Origin: Antedon mediterranea
Lineage: Eukaryota; Animalia; Echinodermata
NCBI RefSeq assembly: GCF_964355755.1
Contig: NC_092673.1
Span: 26,471,648 to 26,535,647, forward strand
DNA length: 64,000 nucleotides
Reading direction: 5' to 3'
Shown: in pieces, positions 1 to 12,843 of the stretch
Layout: each line of letters begins with the position of its first letter
How positions within the stretch are numbered: position 1 is the stretch's first letter
Program-made: the position numbers and the translations under genes
The notes under the pieces: model-generated
The model's database searches: none
What the model saw: the letters and a program-made list of their open reading frames with translations, nothing else
Told to the model about the DNA's origin: nothing

Positions 1-16
1 ATCTTTAATTTTTCAG

Positions 17-3000
17 AGGCTACGCCAAGCGTACTGTGATCAGTTCTCTGGAGGCTACATCTCTGTATCGTTACCGATTACGTGTTACCAATGATCATGG
101 GTCTAGTGAGTTTAGTCCAGTAGTCACAGTCTCAACAACAAGTAAGTTGTCAACTTACTTTTGTTACATCTGCATAATCTTTTCAGCTAAATAAATTTTT
201 TTATAGTATTAATGCGAAATAATATTTTTCTGTTTTATTGAGATGTTTCTTGTTCCAACAAAGTGTATAAAATAGAAGACTAGAACAGTATCATACACAA
301 GATGTTAGTCGTTAAATTTCGTAATAGGGATCTTTCGATTTGCAATGACCTACGACCTACGCATTAATGCATCATTGATCATGGATCTGGACTTTGAAAC
401 CATCAAAACTTCCCTGAATACGCACAATGCATTAGCACGTCCTAACTTGAGTCGTTTGTCGTCTCAAACCGATAGCTCCCTCATATCCATTAAATACTGT
501 AGGCTTTTATGCAATCATTTCTGAAATATGTATAAATTTAGAAAATTAATGAATGTATTTTTCAGAGGAGCCATTGACTGCTGATCATCTTCATAGAGCC
601 ATCTTGTTGACTGTTGATATAGACAAGGTAATTGCTGTGTTAGAAACTGGTGAAGTCTGGGTAGATACACCTGATAAGTTTGGGTTCACACCTTTGATGA
701 ACGCTGCACAGAAAGGACACAAAGAGTAAGTCAATAGACATACAATAGTGATATTAAGTTTTTGTTAATATTAATAATATTTTTAACCAGCTAAACTGAG
801 ATTGGCTAAACTGGTTTTGCAATGGCATGGGAAGTAGATATTAACCAAGTAAATTGACAGGTTATCTACTAATCATAAATAATTTTGCAAAACCATTAGC
901 ATTTCATTTCATTATTTATTCGATCTATTTCAGTATATACATAAGAAACAAAAAACTGAAATTGGGAAGACCAGGGTCAACCTAAGTGAACTTAATCACT
1001 GTAGCTGAGCCGGTTGACCCAACGCCAAAGTCAGTTTACACATAAAAGACATAAAGACAAGATACAGTTAAAGCGAATCAAAATGAATGTGAATTTTTCT
1101 AATGAAGGCTAATGGGCTTTCTAGTACTGCAGCATAAATTAGTAAAACCATAAAGTTTAATCATCATCATCTTTCTATACTGTGCAGAAGCTTTTTTTAG
1201 TTCAGTCACACATGGTTTGGTCACATTTATGGAGACCTACTAGATAATTAGTAATAGATGATTAGGAATCCTGTCTCTGCCTCGTTTTGTGTGTTTTCTT
1301 CTTCTTTGTCCACGTTTTTTATATTGTATTTTTATGGGTAAAAAAATAAATGAAATTTATGTAGATGAGCTTCCTAATTTCTTCCTTAAATCTGTTCCTC
1401 ATTATTCTAAATTTGATCAATTGAGAGATTTTTCTTTCTACAGCATCGTAAAAGTTTTAATAGAGTATGGAGCTGATGTGAATGCACAAACCAGTAGTGG
1501 TAAGGACGCCCTCATGCTAACATGTTTTGTAGGCCACCTTGATGTTGTAAAGATATTGAGACAGCATGGAGCTAAGTGGACAGTGGCTGACAAAGGAGGG
1601 TCTACTGCTATACATTGGGCAGTGGACGGTGGTAACACAGAGCTATTACGATGGATGATAAGAGATGGAGCTGATGTACGTAATAGGAGTACAGCTCCTT
1701 TATTGCTGTACCATATCTTTTCAAAGTGTAGTAACTACATCTGGAAATAAGGACCAAGTGACGTAATGCAGAGAGCAGTGCCACACGGCAAATAACTATC
1801 TTTTTAACTATCTATCATTCTGAGGCTTGGAGAGTGTAGTTAGTTAGTTATTCATACTTGCTTTGTATACCCAGCTATTATGCAAATCTAAAACACATTT
1901 GCTTCTAGTAATCAGGTTTTCAACAAAATCTGATATTTATAATTGATTTTACAAAGTAGGAGAAGTATTCTGGACTTCAAAATTGGTGATGGTGTTTTGG
2001 AAAAATCTCCACTATTCAGTTGACCTGTACCAGGAATGTTATCTAACCCAAACAGCCTCAGTATCTTGTCTATTCTGACCATAAGAGACATGGGTTTAGT
2101 TTCCCAGGGGCAGATCCAACATTATAGATTAGGGGGTGGGTGGGTGCTAAATATTTAATGATAAAAACGATCTGTGAGGTTGCAGAAAAATGCAAATTAT
2201 TTTATTTTAAAAAGACATGGTTGTTAAATTTTAGGGATGCTAAAAGCCTGTTTAGCCCCTGCCTAAATCCGCACCTGTTTCCATCTATGAAGTGGATTGT
2301 AACTGTTTTCTTTTTTGCAGGTATCTGCCAGAGAATCTGTGTCAGGGTGGACACCATTAATTCGCTGTGCAACAATGGGAGGTAATGTGGATATAGGAAG
2401 GGTATTGATAAATGCAGATGCTGATGTCAATGCAAGAGATAGTGATGGGAAAACAGCATTAATGGTAAGATAAACATCTTTATCAACTATGTTTCTTGTA
2501 TTGATTTTCTAGCGACTAATGTGATATACTAATGTTACATTTATCTTCCAATAATGTTCCCTTTCAATGTATTTCTATGCATTGATTAATAAATGTTATA
2601 AATAAGGAATGTGAAAAGCCCTTTCTATCTCAAGAATGATATGATTATTAGGTGCAATTTATTTTGACCTAAGACTACCAGAAACTAGGTCAAAGCCAAC
2701 ATATGAATTCTGTTTATTAGCAATTTAAGGTGTGCAGACATACCTGTACATAATATGTAGTTCAAAGGTGTTCTATGGTATCTAACGCTCTGTCAACACT
2801 ATCAAACTTTATGTGAGGTGCCCATATATGGACATGATGATGTCATATCACTACCATATTTGGGCACATCACACTTTTTGGATCAAACTAGTTTGATAGT
2901 GTAAACAGAGCTTAACTGATATGATGATTGAAAATACTGTACAATACCTCACCAACCAAATAGAGGGCGCTACACATTTTATTTATTATACAGATGTTGT

Positions 3001-4524
3001 CAAATTGAACATATTTAAATATTGCTTATTTTTGATTAAAATTAATTTATATTGATTTATGTTTCTGTTCTTTATTTTGACCATTAATTAAAATGTTTAG
3101 TAATTTTAGTATAAAACGTGTCAAAATATTTTAGGTCCACTGTGGAATCATCTCCTTTTCATATAATTGTCAAAATAGGACAGTATACATTAGGCATATT
3201 CGACTGTAAAATTCCAGAATTCTGATTTATTTTGTGGCTGTGATAATTTGTTTTTTATTTTTCTATTTAGAATGCAACACTTAACGGGCATCAGGCATTG
3301 ATAGAACTTCTTGTGTCTCGCGGCGCTGATTTATATATTCAAAATGACCAGGGCAAAACAGCAATACACATGGCGCATTCGTTTGATCGCAAAGTAAGTA
3401 TTGAAATTGATTGATTGAAATATATATTTATACTGGGTAACCTCTTCAGTCAAAGACTGGTCTCCCAGAGGGCCCAGTTGGTGATCAGTGGCTGTGATGT
3501 ACTAATACACCGGGGTAACCCCCTACTCGTCTCGAAAGATGTACTAGGTTCTTTAAAGTGCACACGAGCAAGTTGTGTACACTGGACCTACGGTTTATAG
3601 TCCTTATCCGAGAAGACTCGTTCTACCACCAGAACCATGGAGTGAGTGAGCCTCGAACCCCTGCCGATGTTATGGCTACGTGATTACGGTTCCACTGTCT
3701 TAACCGCTCGGCCACTCACTCACTTGATCATTTTAGTCGCCGGTATTGAGCCAATAAAGTTCATCAGTAAAACTCCCATCTAGTGAGACAACCTATTTGT
3801 TTTATTGAAACAGTCGAATGCTACAGTAGTAATAGTATCATAAACAAAAATCCAATCCATTCTAATATCTGTATTTACTGTATATCTTTGATGCGATTAT
3901 AATCATTATTGAGTGTTGATCCAATTCCTTTATCAAAATTGAATCTGCAATCAAAACCAAAACTTATTTCTGCCTTTTTTAATTCTGATACTTTTGTGTA
4001 TTAAATTTAATCAGATGAAAATGCTTGTACTCAAAATGAAACCAGAATGTAAACTATGTATGCCTTTTAGTCTACTGTTTAGAGTCTGGATGTAGTCAGA
4101 ATCTAGTATATGTAACAAAATCTATTTTCTGTAGTACTGTATTACAGGTACTATGCTCTAAAGATGTATTGTCTCCCTGAAAACCAATTGTTTGTGTTGT
4201 TGAACATGTCATTTTAATGTCACAAATTAGTTATTTTTGCTTGGACAAAAAATTGAATTGAAAATTTCCCTGAAAAAACTATAAATTAAAAAATAATCAA
4301 GTTGTTATTTTATCTTATAATTGAAATGATTTGTTTGATTTTGTTTACAGAAATGAATAGCTTTATTAAAACTGCAAAAATGGCCTGTTTATGATTTTAT
4401 TCGTCTGCATTTTTCACGTTTTGGGAAACAACACATCTTTAACGTTATTTTTTTAATGTTTCAGAGAGTCATCAAATTTTTTGAAGAAATTGAAGCAAAA
4501 ACAGGTCAAGGTGATGCAAGGTAA
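17..4524 (+). CDS. FANK1: Fibronectin type-III and ankyrin repeat domains protein 1, 3' part (5' exons lie upstream of the window). Exons 17-141, 566-725, 1444-1675, 2321-2464, 3271-3393, 4465-4524(stop)
   Basis: Six exons with canonical ag/gt boundaries splice in frame. FN3 tail [44 protein letters not shown], then ankyrin repeats ([86 protein letters not shown]). Colinear with vertebrate FANK1 as recalled. Confidence 0.92.
2787..2912. mobile_element. MITE family A (palindromic ~125-140 bp, TIR ~AGCTCTGTCTACACTATCAAAC), in FANK1 intron
   Basis: Starts gctctgtcaacactatcaaac, ends gtttgatagtgtaaacagagct. About 9 related copies in the window, often flanked by TAA/TTA (PIF/Harbinger-like). Confidence 0.75.
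3425..3723 (-). mobile_element. tRNA-derived SINE with Deu/Nin-like central domain (DeuSINE), copy 1
   Basis: Minus strand: A box TGGCCGAGCGG, B box GGTTCGAGGC, core TCTTCTCGGATAAGGACTATAAACCGTAGGTCC...GAGTAGGGGGTTACCCCGGTG. Near-identical copy at 47594-47892. Confidence 0.85.
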
Positions 4525-5008
4525 ATGTTATCAGGGTCAAAGGTTAAAGGTATAGATTATCTCTTCATGTTTCACCTTGAAAATAGTATTGAAGAATTTT
4601 ATGCAATTTTGTGTAAATAGTTATAAAATTGAATCCCTCCGAAAATTAAATAATTCCATCCATTTTTTACATGCATTCTAACGTTTATATCTTACTGTAT
4701 CTTACTATATAAATTATTTAAATTTTAATTAATTCCGTCCATATTTCATGATACAATACATTTTGTAATTTAAGATATTTTAGCCAATTTAATTAAGCAT
4801 TAAAATTAAATAGTCAATGTTTATTAATTCAACTTTTTTTAAAATTTAATACAATAAAAATTTTTATTTAATGTAAAACTCATTAGGCACCCATTTCATA
4901 TAATAGCTCAGATTTGATTAAGTAAGAATGCTATAAATTGTTTTAATAGTATTGGCAAAATATGTTTGATAGCCTACTGTGTCACATGATCTGAAATGTG
5001 TTCGTGTT

Positions 5009-5192
5009 CTCTGTCTACACTATCAAACTTTATGTGTCAAAAAAAATGTGATGTGCCCATATAATGGACATGATGATGTCATATCACTACCATATTTTGG
5101 CATGTCACTACCGTATATGGGCATATCACTACCATATTTGGGCATATCACTACCGTATTTGGGCATATCACTACCATATTTGGGCATATCAC
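5009..5192. mobile_element. MITE family A copy with internal 21-bp tandem expansion (catatcactaccatatttggg x ~5)
   Basis: Left TIR ctctgtctacactatcaaac present; the internal motif is repeated 5080-5192; the right arm is missing. Confidence 0.7.
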
Positions 5193-6257
5193 TGAAAATG
5201 CATGTGTAATCTAGGTTCGTATTTTACAAACGTATTATAGTACGTCCTTGAAATATAGATTTTAAAAGATTGTCTTTCATTAGGATTGAGTATTTGAACA
5301 TTTTATATTTGACATAAAATAAAAAATAAAATATATGAATCAGATTTTATTCTTTAATAAACATGATTTAATAAAAATTTCATTGGCATATTCAATGGGA
5401 TAACTTTTGTGTCTTTATGTTCTGAAAAGTTTTGAAATTGGATGAAACATTTTTGATGCATTTTGTAACCTTTTTGCATATTCATAAACGTTTTTATTTT
5501 TAAATAATTTATTCATACACTTATTAATAGAGAAACTCAACAGTTCTTTTTCAGAACTAATATACGTGGTGTACCGCAAAATTTATATCAACATTTGATT
5601 TCGCCATGTAAACCTTGAAACAATATACTTATTACTATTAGTAGTATTTTTAACTTTACTCTTTTTTTTCCACCATAAATAGTTTTAATCAAATAAGGCA
5701 TGTACCTTTTTTTTTTTAAATGCGTAGGTGGATTCATATTGAATGAATATAAATTGTCAGTACTCAGTTTAAAATTTGGCTAAAAGACTTTTGAGTTCAT
5801 AAATACCAACGATTGATAATTTAAATACTTTTGTTGTTCCACTTGGTATTGCTTTATTTAAATTGATGACATGATATTTTAATATTAATACAGTAATTTT
5901 ATTTAGATATTTATTATAAAACATTTGGAATGGTATTTAATTTTTGATTATAATTTTTATAAACAAAGCTTATTGTTTTGTTATTAACATATATATATTA
6001 TTGCATTAATTTATGTTTTTTATATATGATTTATTAATATTATAAAATGTGTTCGATGGTAAAATAACTAAAATATTATATAACTATTATACTATAAGAC
6101 TACAGGAGGTTACTATTTGGTGCACAAAAGGAGGTAGGCTCATCTTAAATGGTGGTTTGTTAATTGTATGCTTGTATGTCACTACTTATGTGAGATATTT
6201 TTATTAGGACATACTTTGATGAAAATAATAAGAACAGTTACTAGTAATTTCTTCTTA

Positions 6258-6397
6258 AGCTCTGTCCACACTATCAAACAAGGTTGAAAAAAAAAGTTTG
6301 ATGTGCCCAAATATGGTAGTGATATGACATCATTATTTCAATATATGGGCACATCACATTTTGTTGTCACATAAAGTTTGACAGTGTAGATAGAGCC
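6258..6397. mobile_element. MITE family A copy (opposite orientation)
   Basis: agctctgtccacactatcaaac ... gtttgacagtgtagatagagcc, preceded by TTA and followed by TAA. Confidence 0.75.
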
Positions 6398-7457
6398 TAA
6401 GTTAAAGGTACATTTGAAAAAGTCAATAAACATAGTTTCTTTTTTAATACTGTTGAATAATTCAATCAATGTCACAAAAACTCCATAATAAGGCCACAGT
6501 ATTTTGCAATAATATTTGTGTATTTCGTTGCATTATTATTATCCATTATTATATTATTATTGAATAGTAAATAAATGTTACCATCATTCGTGATGAATCA
6601 ACTTATTTTAATCTCTGAGTTCTTGTATCAATGTGTAGTTCCAAAAAGTCTGTAATCCTGTCATTACTGCAGTATTTTGATTGTTTTTTTAATTTTTGAC
6701 TCTATTATCAGTAAGCTAATAAGGAAATACAGTGAAACTGATTCATTTCAGAAATGAATTCACTATCAAACCGATTAAAATTCAAATTTAATTGTGATTC
6801 CTGTATTTTTAGCCTGTTTTAATTGACCTCAATCTCAACTTAAATGGATAGATAGAATCATTACAAAAGTGGAGGGAATTTTCTAAAATTATTCTTTTTT
6901 TTAAACCTTTCAAGAGAAGAATGCGATCTTTCTATTGGAAACATTTTAGTAGTTTTATTTCTTGGTAATAGAATCAGGCTATTTGGATTTTTTTCAAAAG
7001 AGAAATCAAATATTTGTGATTGCCATTGATACAAATATGAGGAAATTCTATAATTTTATTTCACTTCTTGGTATAGAATAATGCTCTTTTAGATGTTTTC
7101 AAAAGAAAAATATATTTGTAAATATTTATTTTATATAGACTTCCTGTTACTATTGAATTCCTGTCATTGTATGATAATATTTCAGATTTTCTTTGTTGAT
7201 ATTTGAATACAATTCAATTAAATCTAGATATTTGTTTTGGACAACATAGCACCTGGTAATGATATTTTAAATATTGTCATGAAAAACAGTGATATTGTTA
7301 ATTACAAACCATTGTCTTTTAGGTACGTAGATTTTCCGATCTTGCTTGTTAAGTTAATTGTTAAGGCCAATTTACACAGACGAGCGTAGCTTTTCCCATG
7401 TGGAATCTCTTTCTATCCTGAGCGGAAACCGCCCGTCCTCTCCACTTTGTGTGTTAA

Positions 7458-7731
7458 AGCCTGGTTTCCATAAAATCGCTACACCGTCGCTCTACAGCGT
7501 TTCCATTAAAATCGCTACACGCGCAGATGTCGCCGACGCAATCGGGAACGCACCCCGATTCATCGCAGTAAAATCGGCAAAGTTCAACTTTGCCGATTTT
7601 GTCGGCGGCGATAAATCGTATACGCGTTTCAAAGAATATTTAGCGCTCGCGTACTAGATCCCCGATAAATTCTAGCGTTTCCATAGAATCGCTACGCTCT
7701 GTCGTGTAGCGATTTTATGGAAACCTAGGCT
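7458..7731. mobile_element. MITE family C (~275 bp, TIR AGCCTGGTTTCCATAAAATCGCTACAC), PIF/Harbinger-like
   Basis: ~27-bp terminal inverted repeats, TAA left and TTA right, internal repeats of tttccat-aaatcgctac. Confidence 0.75.
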
Positions 7732-7831
7732 TTAATGGTCAACAGGAATAACATAGATTCTATAATTATTTTAAATTGGCCTTTATGAAAATGACTCGTG
7801 GTCAAAGGACCCCTTCTAATGCGTCTGTAAC

Positions 7832-7893
7832 GTGAAGGAATATGAGCTTACATTGTATGTGAAGGAATATGAGCTTACATTTTATGTGAAGGA
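7832..7893. repeat. 27-bp tandem duplication (gtgaaggaatatgagcttacattgtat x ~2.3)
   Basis: Directly visible. Confidence 0.7.
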
Positions 7894-8203
7894 AACCACT
7901 TAATATCCCCATTCTCCCCCCCCCCTCCCCCTTCCCACCTGTATCTTTCCCCCTCCTCTCTTTTAGGATCTTTGACGTGTTCGTTTATGCGTAGTATCAT
8001 AATATAATCATTTAAGCACCAACACATTAGAAATGATTGATGTAAACTGTCAAAACGTATTAATAAATTATTGCAAGTAGGTCTAGACTAGATTACTAAC
8101 GAAGTCCATCATCCACCCACCGCCGATGTTTTTTTTAATCTATACAATGTTTGATTTATGATTTGCGTTGACAGTTGCTACGTACGAAGTGAGTCGAAAG
8201 TAA

Positions 8204-8361
8204 AGCTTTGTTCCCACTAGGACGCAACGTAACGACATAGACGCAACGTAAGTTACTTGACCAATCACAAGCGATGTATTATTCGAACTGTCGGTTGTCG
8301 TTGGTCAACAAGCTTGCGTTGCGTTTACGTCCTTGCGTTGCGTCCTAGTGGGAACCAAGTT
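8204..8361. mobile_element. MITE family B (TIR AGCTTGGTTCCCACTAG, internal ttgaccaatcacaagcga / ttggtcaa)
   Basis: Near-palindromic element preceded by TAA. Relatives at ~18474, 19069, 20684, 21400, 32570, 40077, 41120, 46350, 52470, 55777. Confidence 0.75.
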
Positions 8362-10727
8362 AGTTTAACCAACGCCAACGTTTATTTCTCATTTAAATTA
8401 CAGTATGTCTCCTCCCGACCCCTTAGTGGAAGGGGCCTCCTTTAACAAAATAACACAATTTTATTTCCCCCATAGAATGACACTCCTTGGTGGGAGAGGC
8501 ATCACACCAAGCAAAATCCCACAACTTTAATTCCATAAAATGGCGCTCCAATTTTAATTCCGCCAGAAAAAGACGTATTAGAGGGACCTTTAACAAAATG
8601 ACGTGAAATCAAATAGTTGAACGTAATCATAACGCATTCATGCGTTTCAAATACCATTATAGAAACTGGTCAGGTTTTGTTTCGTCATGATTTCATATAA
8701 AAATCAATCACTACTGTTGACATAAACTATACCTTCACAATTGTTGAAAAGTGTGCAAAACCAGTATTTTTTTCGAGGTTCAACGGAATGTACATTTTGT
8801 ACATTGTTTTGCAACAATAGTGCGACACTCTGCCAACTACTGTATTTGTACACTCATCAAAAGAAGACGAACCGTAGGCTACGTTTGTGTAAAAGGTACA
8901 GTACAACTATATAGCTGTTATGATGAGGCCTAAAACTACAGCGTAAGGTATGTATAATAACATTATTTGTATATTTTCTTCTGTTTAAATTATAAGCTAA
9001 TAAGGCTTATACCTAATAGTAGAGCACATTTGACTTGGAACTAGCTTGTGTTAGTACGGTAACTGGGTACTTCAATTTAAGACGGGATGTGAGCGAGTAT
9101 AGGCTTTACTAGTGTAAACATTGGGATATGACGTTTAGGCCTACCATAATACAGAAATAATACTGAAATGGTTGGAAGCCTATTTAATATATTATTGTTA
9201 GAACTTGGTTAGAAGAATCAATGTGATAGGTGATTTGTTCCATTTGTTACGGTAAACTTAACAATGTACAGGCTAGCCTATAAACTTCATATAGTTACCG
9301 GGTTGAATACAGGTGGTGGAGACACCTGCATACATTTTTAAAATACCAGAGCATTTTGGCATAATTTCGCTTAGCAGGCCTACTATATTAAACATACCCA
9401 ATTGCCACTCATTTATCAAACATGTATCAAACATTTTAAACACTTTCAATATTGAAAGTAACGTTTTGTCCATAAATACACGTCGTAAGTTTAAGCTAAA
9501 TCAGAAATCCATTTTTACGTGTCATTACTTGTAAATGTCAAGACGTTAATTGCTACTATGTGAAATGTTAGACAAGCATATTTGTATCAGTAATTTATCG
9601 GTTGCGATTGGCCTATCATTAATGCTATTAGTACGGTATATTACAAATATTTAGGGCCTTTTAAACTGGAACATCTAGCATTCGTTACTAAAATCAAGAA
9701 TGATTATTTGTCGTGTAGCAGAATAATGAAATGTAGTGAGTTGAATTTCAACTCTCAATATTGCCTCTGCGTAATGAAATTTCTAAATAAATACAATTGA
9801 CGAGGTACGCCGTAGGTATGTATTGTAGCAACCGAAAGAAGTGTAGTAAGTAGGTTCGCGTACAATCAATGGGTTTAGTAACCTTTAAAAAGGAAAAAAT
9901 AAATCAATTGCCCCGTTTAGAGAAACCTTTCATTGTAATATCATGTTTATTAGAAGATATAAGGATATATTCAAGGTGTACTCATTTCCTCTAACGGCAT
10001 TGTGTTTCTTGTATATTGCAACAGAAACGTAAATGTAGGGCCTAATTCAGTTCTAGGGAAAGGACTTCATACAAGTCGTATGTGGGGAGAAGACACGGGG
10101 AAATAAATTACACGCCCAGCAAAATGCATCCATCATATTAGTGTTTGCGTTCTCTCAGCTCATCGTAACCAGGCCTAAGAGGACTAACTTGGTATTTCTT
10201 TTTTAAAAGAGGTATAAGAGGTATTTTTTAACTCGCACTCCTTTGATTAGAAGTAACCATCACAAAGTCTATATTTCGTTAATAATCTTAAAATTCTTTT
10301 CAACGCACGCGTAATAAACCTACTTCACTTTCTTTCGTGCTATCTCACACAAAAATAATAATGTGTACGATGTCTCGCATAATAAACGATAACAAAAAAT
10401 AGAATTGGCATGTTATCTTGTCTCGTGAACATATTTATTCGTCCCTTGGTATTAACATCAAATTGAATTTTTGAATCACATTATTCTTGTAGTTGATCAT
10501 TATTTATACCAATCTCTATTTCATCTTTTGTCAGAATTCTACTGGGAAATGCTATCAATTATAAATTACATTCAAAACTACTGCTTGTTATAGCTCGTCA
10601 TATATCAATAATAGTTATACATATATATAGGCATTGTAAAATGTATTACATTTTTGCCATTATAATATCACTATAATTTAACAACTCCATTGATTATACG
10701 TCATAATCAAGTGATTCGGATTACTAT

Positions 10728-10860
10728 GACACACAATTGACGCGCGCTAAAACGATCAACATTGGCACGCGCGTTTGAAACGCATACAATTGACGCGCAC
10801 TAAAACGATCAACATTGACACGCACGTTTGAAATGCATACAATTGACACGCGCGTTCAAA
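10728..10860. repeat. Degenerate CpG-rich repeat (caattgacgcgcgc / aacattgacacgcgcg); related arrays at ~29080-29125 and ~57395-57530
   Basis: A ~51-bp dimeric unit is repeated ~2.5 times; similar acgcgcg-containing units recur elsewhere. Confidence 0.55.
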
Positions 10861-11322
10861 TAATGATGATACATGTCAACTATTTCTTTTTTTATACATA
10901 TACTTTTATATAAGTTTATTACTCAATGGTCTGTTTACTGGCACAACGTACTCCTCCTTGGGGTAAAATAATGAGCGGTTGTTCGCGTGAATGTGTAATC
11001 AATCACCTCTCAAAATTACCCGGGCTGTTTATCATCGATGATTGTTTTCTGGATGTATTTTCACCTGCGTTTTGTGAATATTATCGACGGCTAAATCCAT
11101 TCACATTTTTGACAGGAGTAATGACATTAGCTTGATGTATAATTTAAATTCTAAAACCACATTTTCAGAGATTCTAAATGTCAATTTCCTTTTTTATATA
11201 GAATAAGTATTACATAAACGATTTCATGGTCGTTCATGATGGTGTGTTACCCGTATGTTTATTCAACATTTTGTATATATAAATCGCCTAGTGTATGTAA
11301 TCAATATAGATCCACGGTAGTT

Positions 11323-11614
11323 CCTGGGAGAACCGATGAGGCGTGTTTGGAAGTTGTGGGGGGCGCCTGGGAGAACCAATGAGGCGTGTTTGGAAGTCGA
11401 GGGAGGAGCCTGGGAGAACCAATAAGGCGTGTTTGGAAGTTGTGGGAGGTGCCTGGGAGAACCGGTGAGGCGTGTTTGGAAGTTGTGGGAGGTGCCTGGG
11501 AGAACCAATGAGGCGTGTTTGGAAGTTGTGGGAGGTGCCTGGGAGAACCGATGAGGCGTGTTTGGAAGTTTTGGGAGGTGCCTGGAAGAACCGATGAGGC
11601 GTGTTTGGGAAGTT
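11323..11614. repeat. 43-bp minisatellite (cctgggagaaccgatgaggcgtgtttggaagttgtgggaggtg x ~7)
   Basis: Directly visible, G-rich on the + strand. Confidence 0.9.
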
Positions 11615-12308
11615 GAAACATTTAAGAAAGTATCAAAATCAAACACACTCTTTCTATTTTGATTTAATTTTAGTGTAATTCTAGTATATATGTTGTTTCA
11701 CGTAAGAAGGAAGTGCGAAATAATATCAATCTTGATTGGTTTCCAAGTCATTGTAAGTACATTGACCAAGATCACTATGATTTCCTTTAAACAAAAACAA
11801 TATTTAAATTCATCTTGTTTTTATAATAATTAATTGTTATTAGGAAGAAAAAGTAACGATATATCTTCATATAAAAGCTGACTTCTAATTTACTTCTTCT
11901 AAAAGATAACAAGAATCAATGTTATAGTCTTTATGTTGTTAGTTTATTTTTGTCCCTATAGATTCCAGCTCAAGTATAGCTCTGACACGTGATGAGTGCC
12001 AAAATATTTTACCCTTTTTTCAGACTGATTTTATTGGTTTATAGCCTTGATTCGATTTGATATAAAAATATGTTTTCACAAAATGATGTATATTACGTGA
12101 CACAACGCCGCATGTGCGTCAGTATCTTACCCCTTTATCAAGAAGAATGGTATAAAGACAATGTAAAATGTGACACAGTATTTAAGAAAATCCGCTCCCT
12201 TTGAAGGAAATACAAATATATTTTATACTTCTGGTTAGGGTATATATATTGTCTATGATTGAGTCAAGAGTTCATAAAATCTATATACTTCCTCTATTTC
12301 ATATATCC

Positions 12309-12443
12309 AAACAACAAGGCCAAATACATGGCTGCAGTCGCGTGCTCAAGTTAGTGTTTACCGACCAACCGACTAACCGACCGACCGACCAACTGACCGA
12401 CATAGTGAGCTGTAGAGTCGCGTTGCACGCACGCGACTAAAAA
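12309..12443 (-). mobile_element. Short Helentron-associated (HINE/DINE-1-like) non-autonomous element with (CCGA)n microsatellite
   Basis: Terminal hairpin agtcgcgttgcacgcacgcgact next to an A run, a subterminal agtcgcgtgc copy near 12337, and a (ccga/ccaa)n tract. Architecture typical of HINE-type elements. Confidence 0.5.
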
Positions 12444-12843
12444 CAACAAACAGAAAATTAGTCAACTTGGCAAAGTGCGGAGTGACAGAGGGCGTGCTAC
12501 TTATCATTTCGGCGCATGTTAAATATAAAGTAACTCGAGATTTTAATAAGCTTTTGTGACGTCACTAATATATCAATTGTTCTTGAAAATGTATATGCAT
12601 GGTCTTTTGGTTTATGCCTATACAAATTCAGGAGGATAACTTGATAGTGAACGTTATTTTGCATAAATTGTTTAGATGTTTGCCCTCTGACGAAACTTAC
12701 AAATACACTTGCAAGTAATGATGTTGTGGCTAGAATGAGAAATACAAACTAGATAAACTAAAAGATAAACGAGTGCGAAACGAGTGGAACAAGTTGCTCA
12801 TATAAGTGTACTATTATTATTTGCAGATTGTAAAAACTTTGAA

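Noticed and set aside
1289-1750. 153-aa ORF as a stand-alone ankyrin gene
   Set aside because: Only 1444-1675 is exon; the rest is intron read-through of FANK1.
3638-3723. Functional tRNA gene
   Set aside because: Irregular anticodon arm, no T-run terminator, and it continues into a SINE body present in two copies.
7358-7657. 99-aa ORF
   Set aside because: Runs mostly through the GC-rich MITE family C element; no protein motif.
11263-11646. Two minus-strand ORFs (127 and 106 aa)
   Set aside because: Translations of the 43-bp minisatellite.
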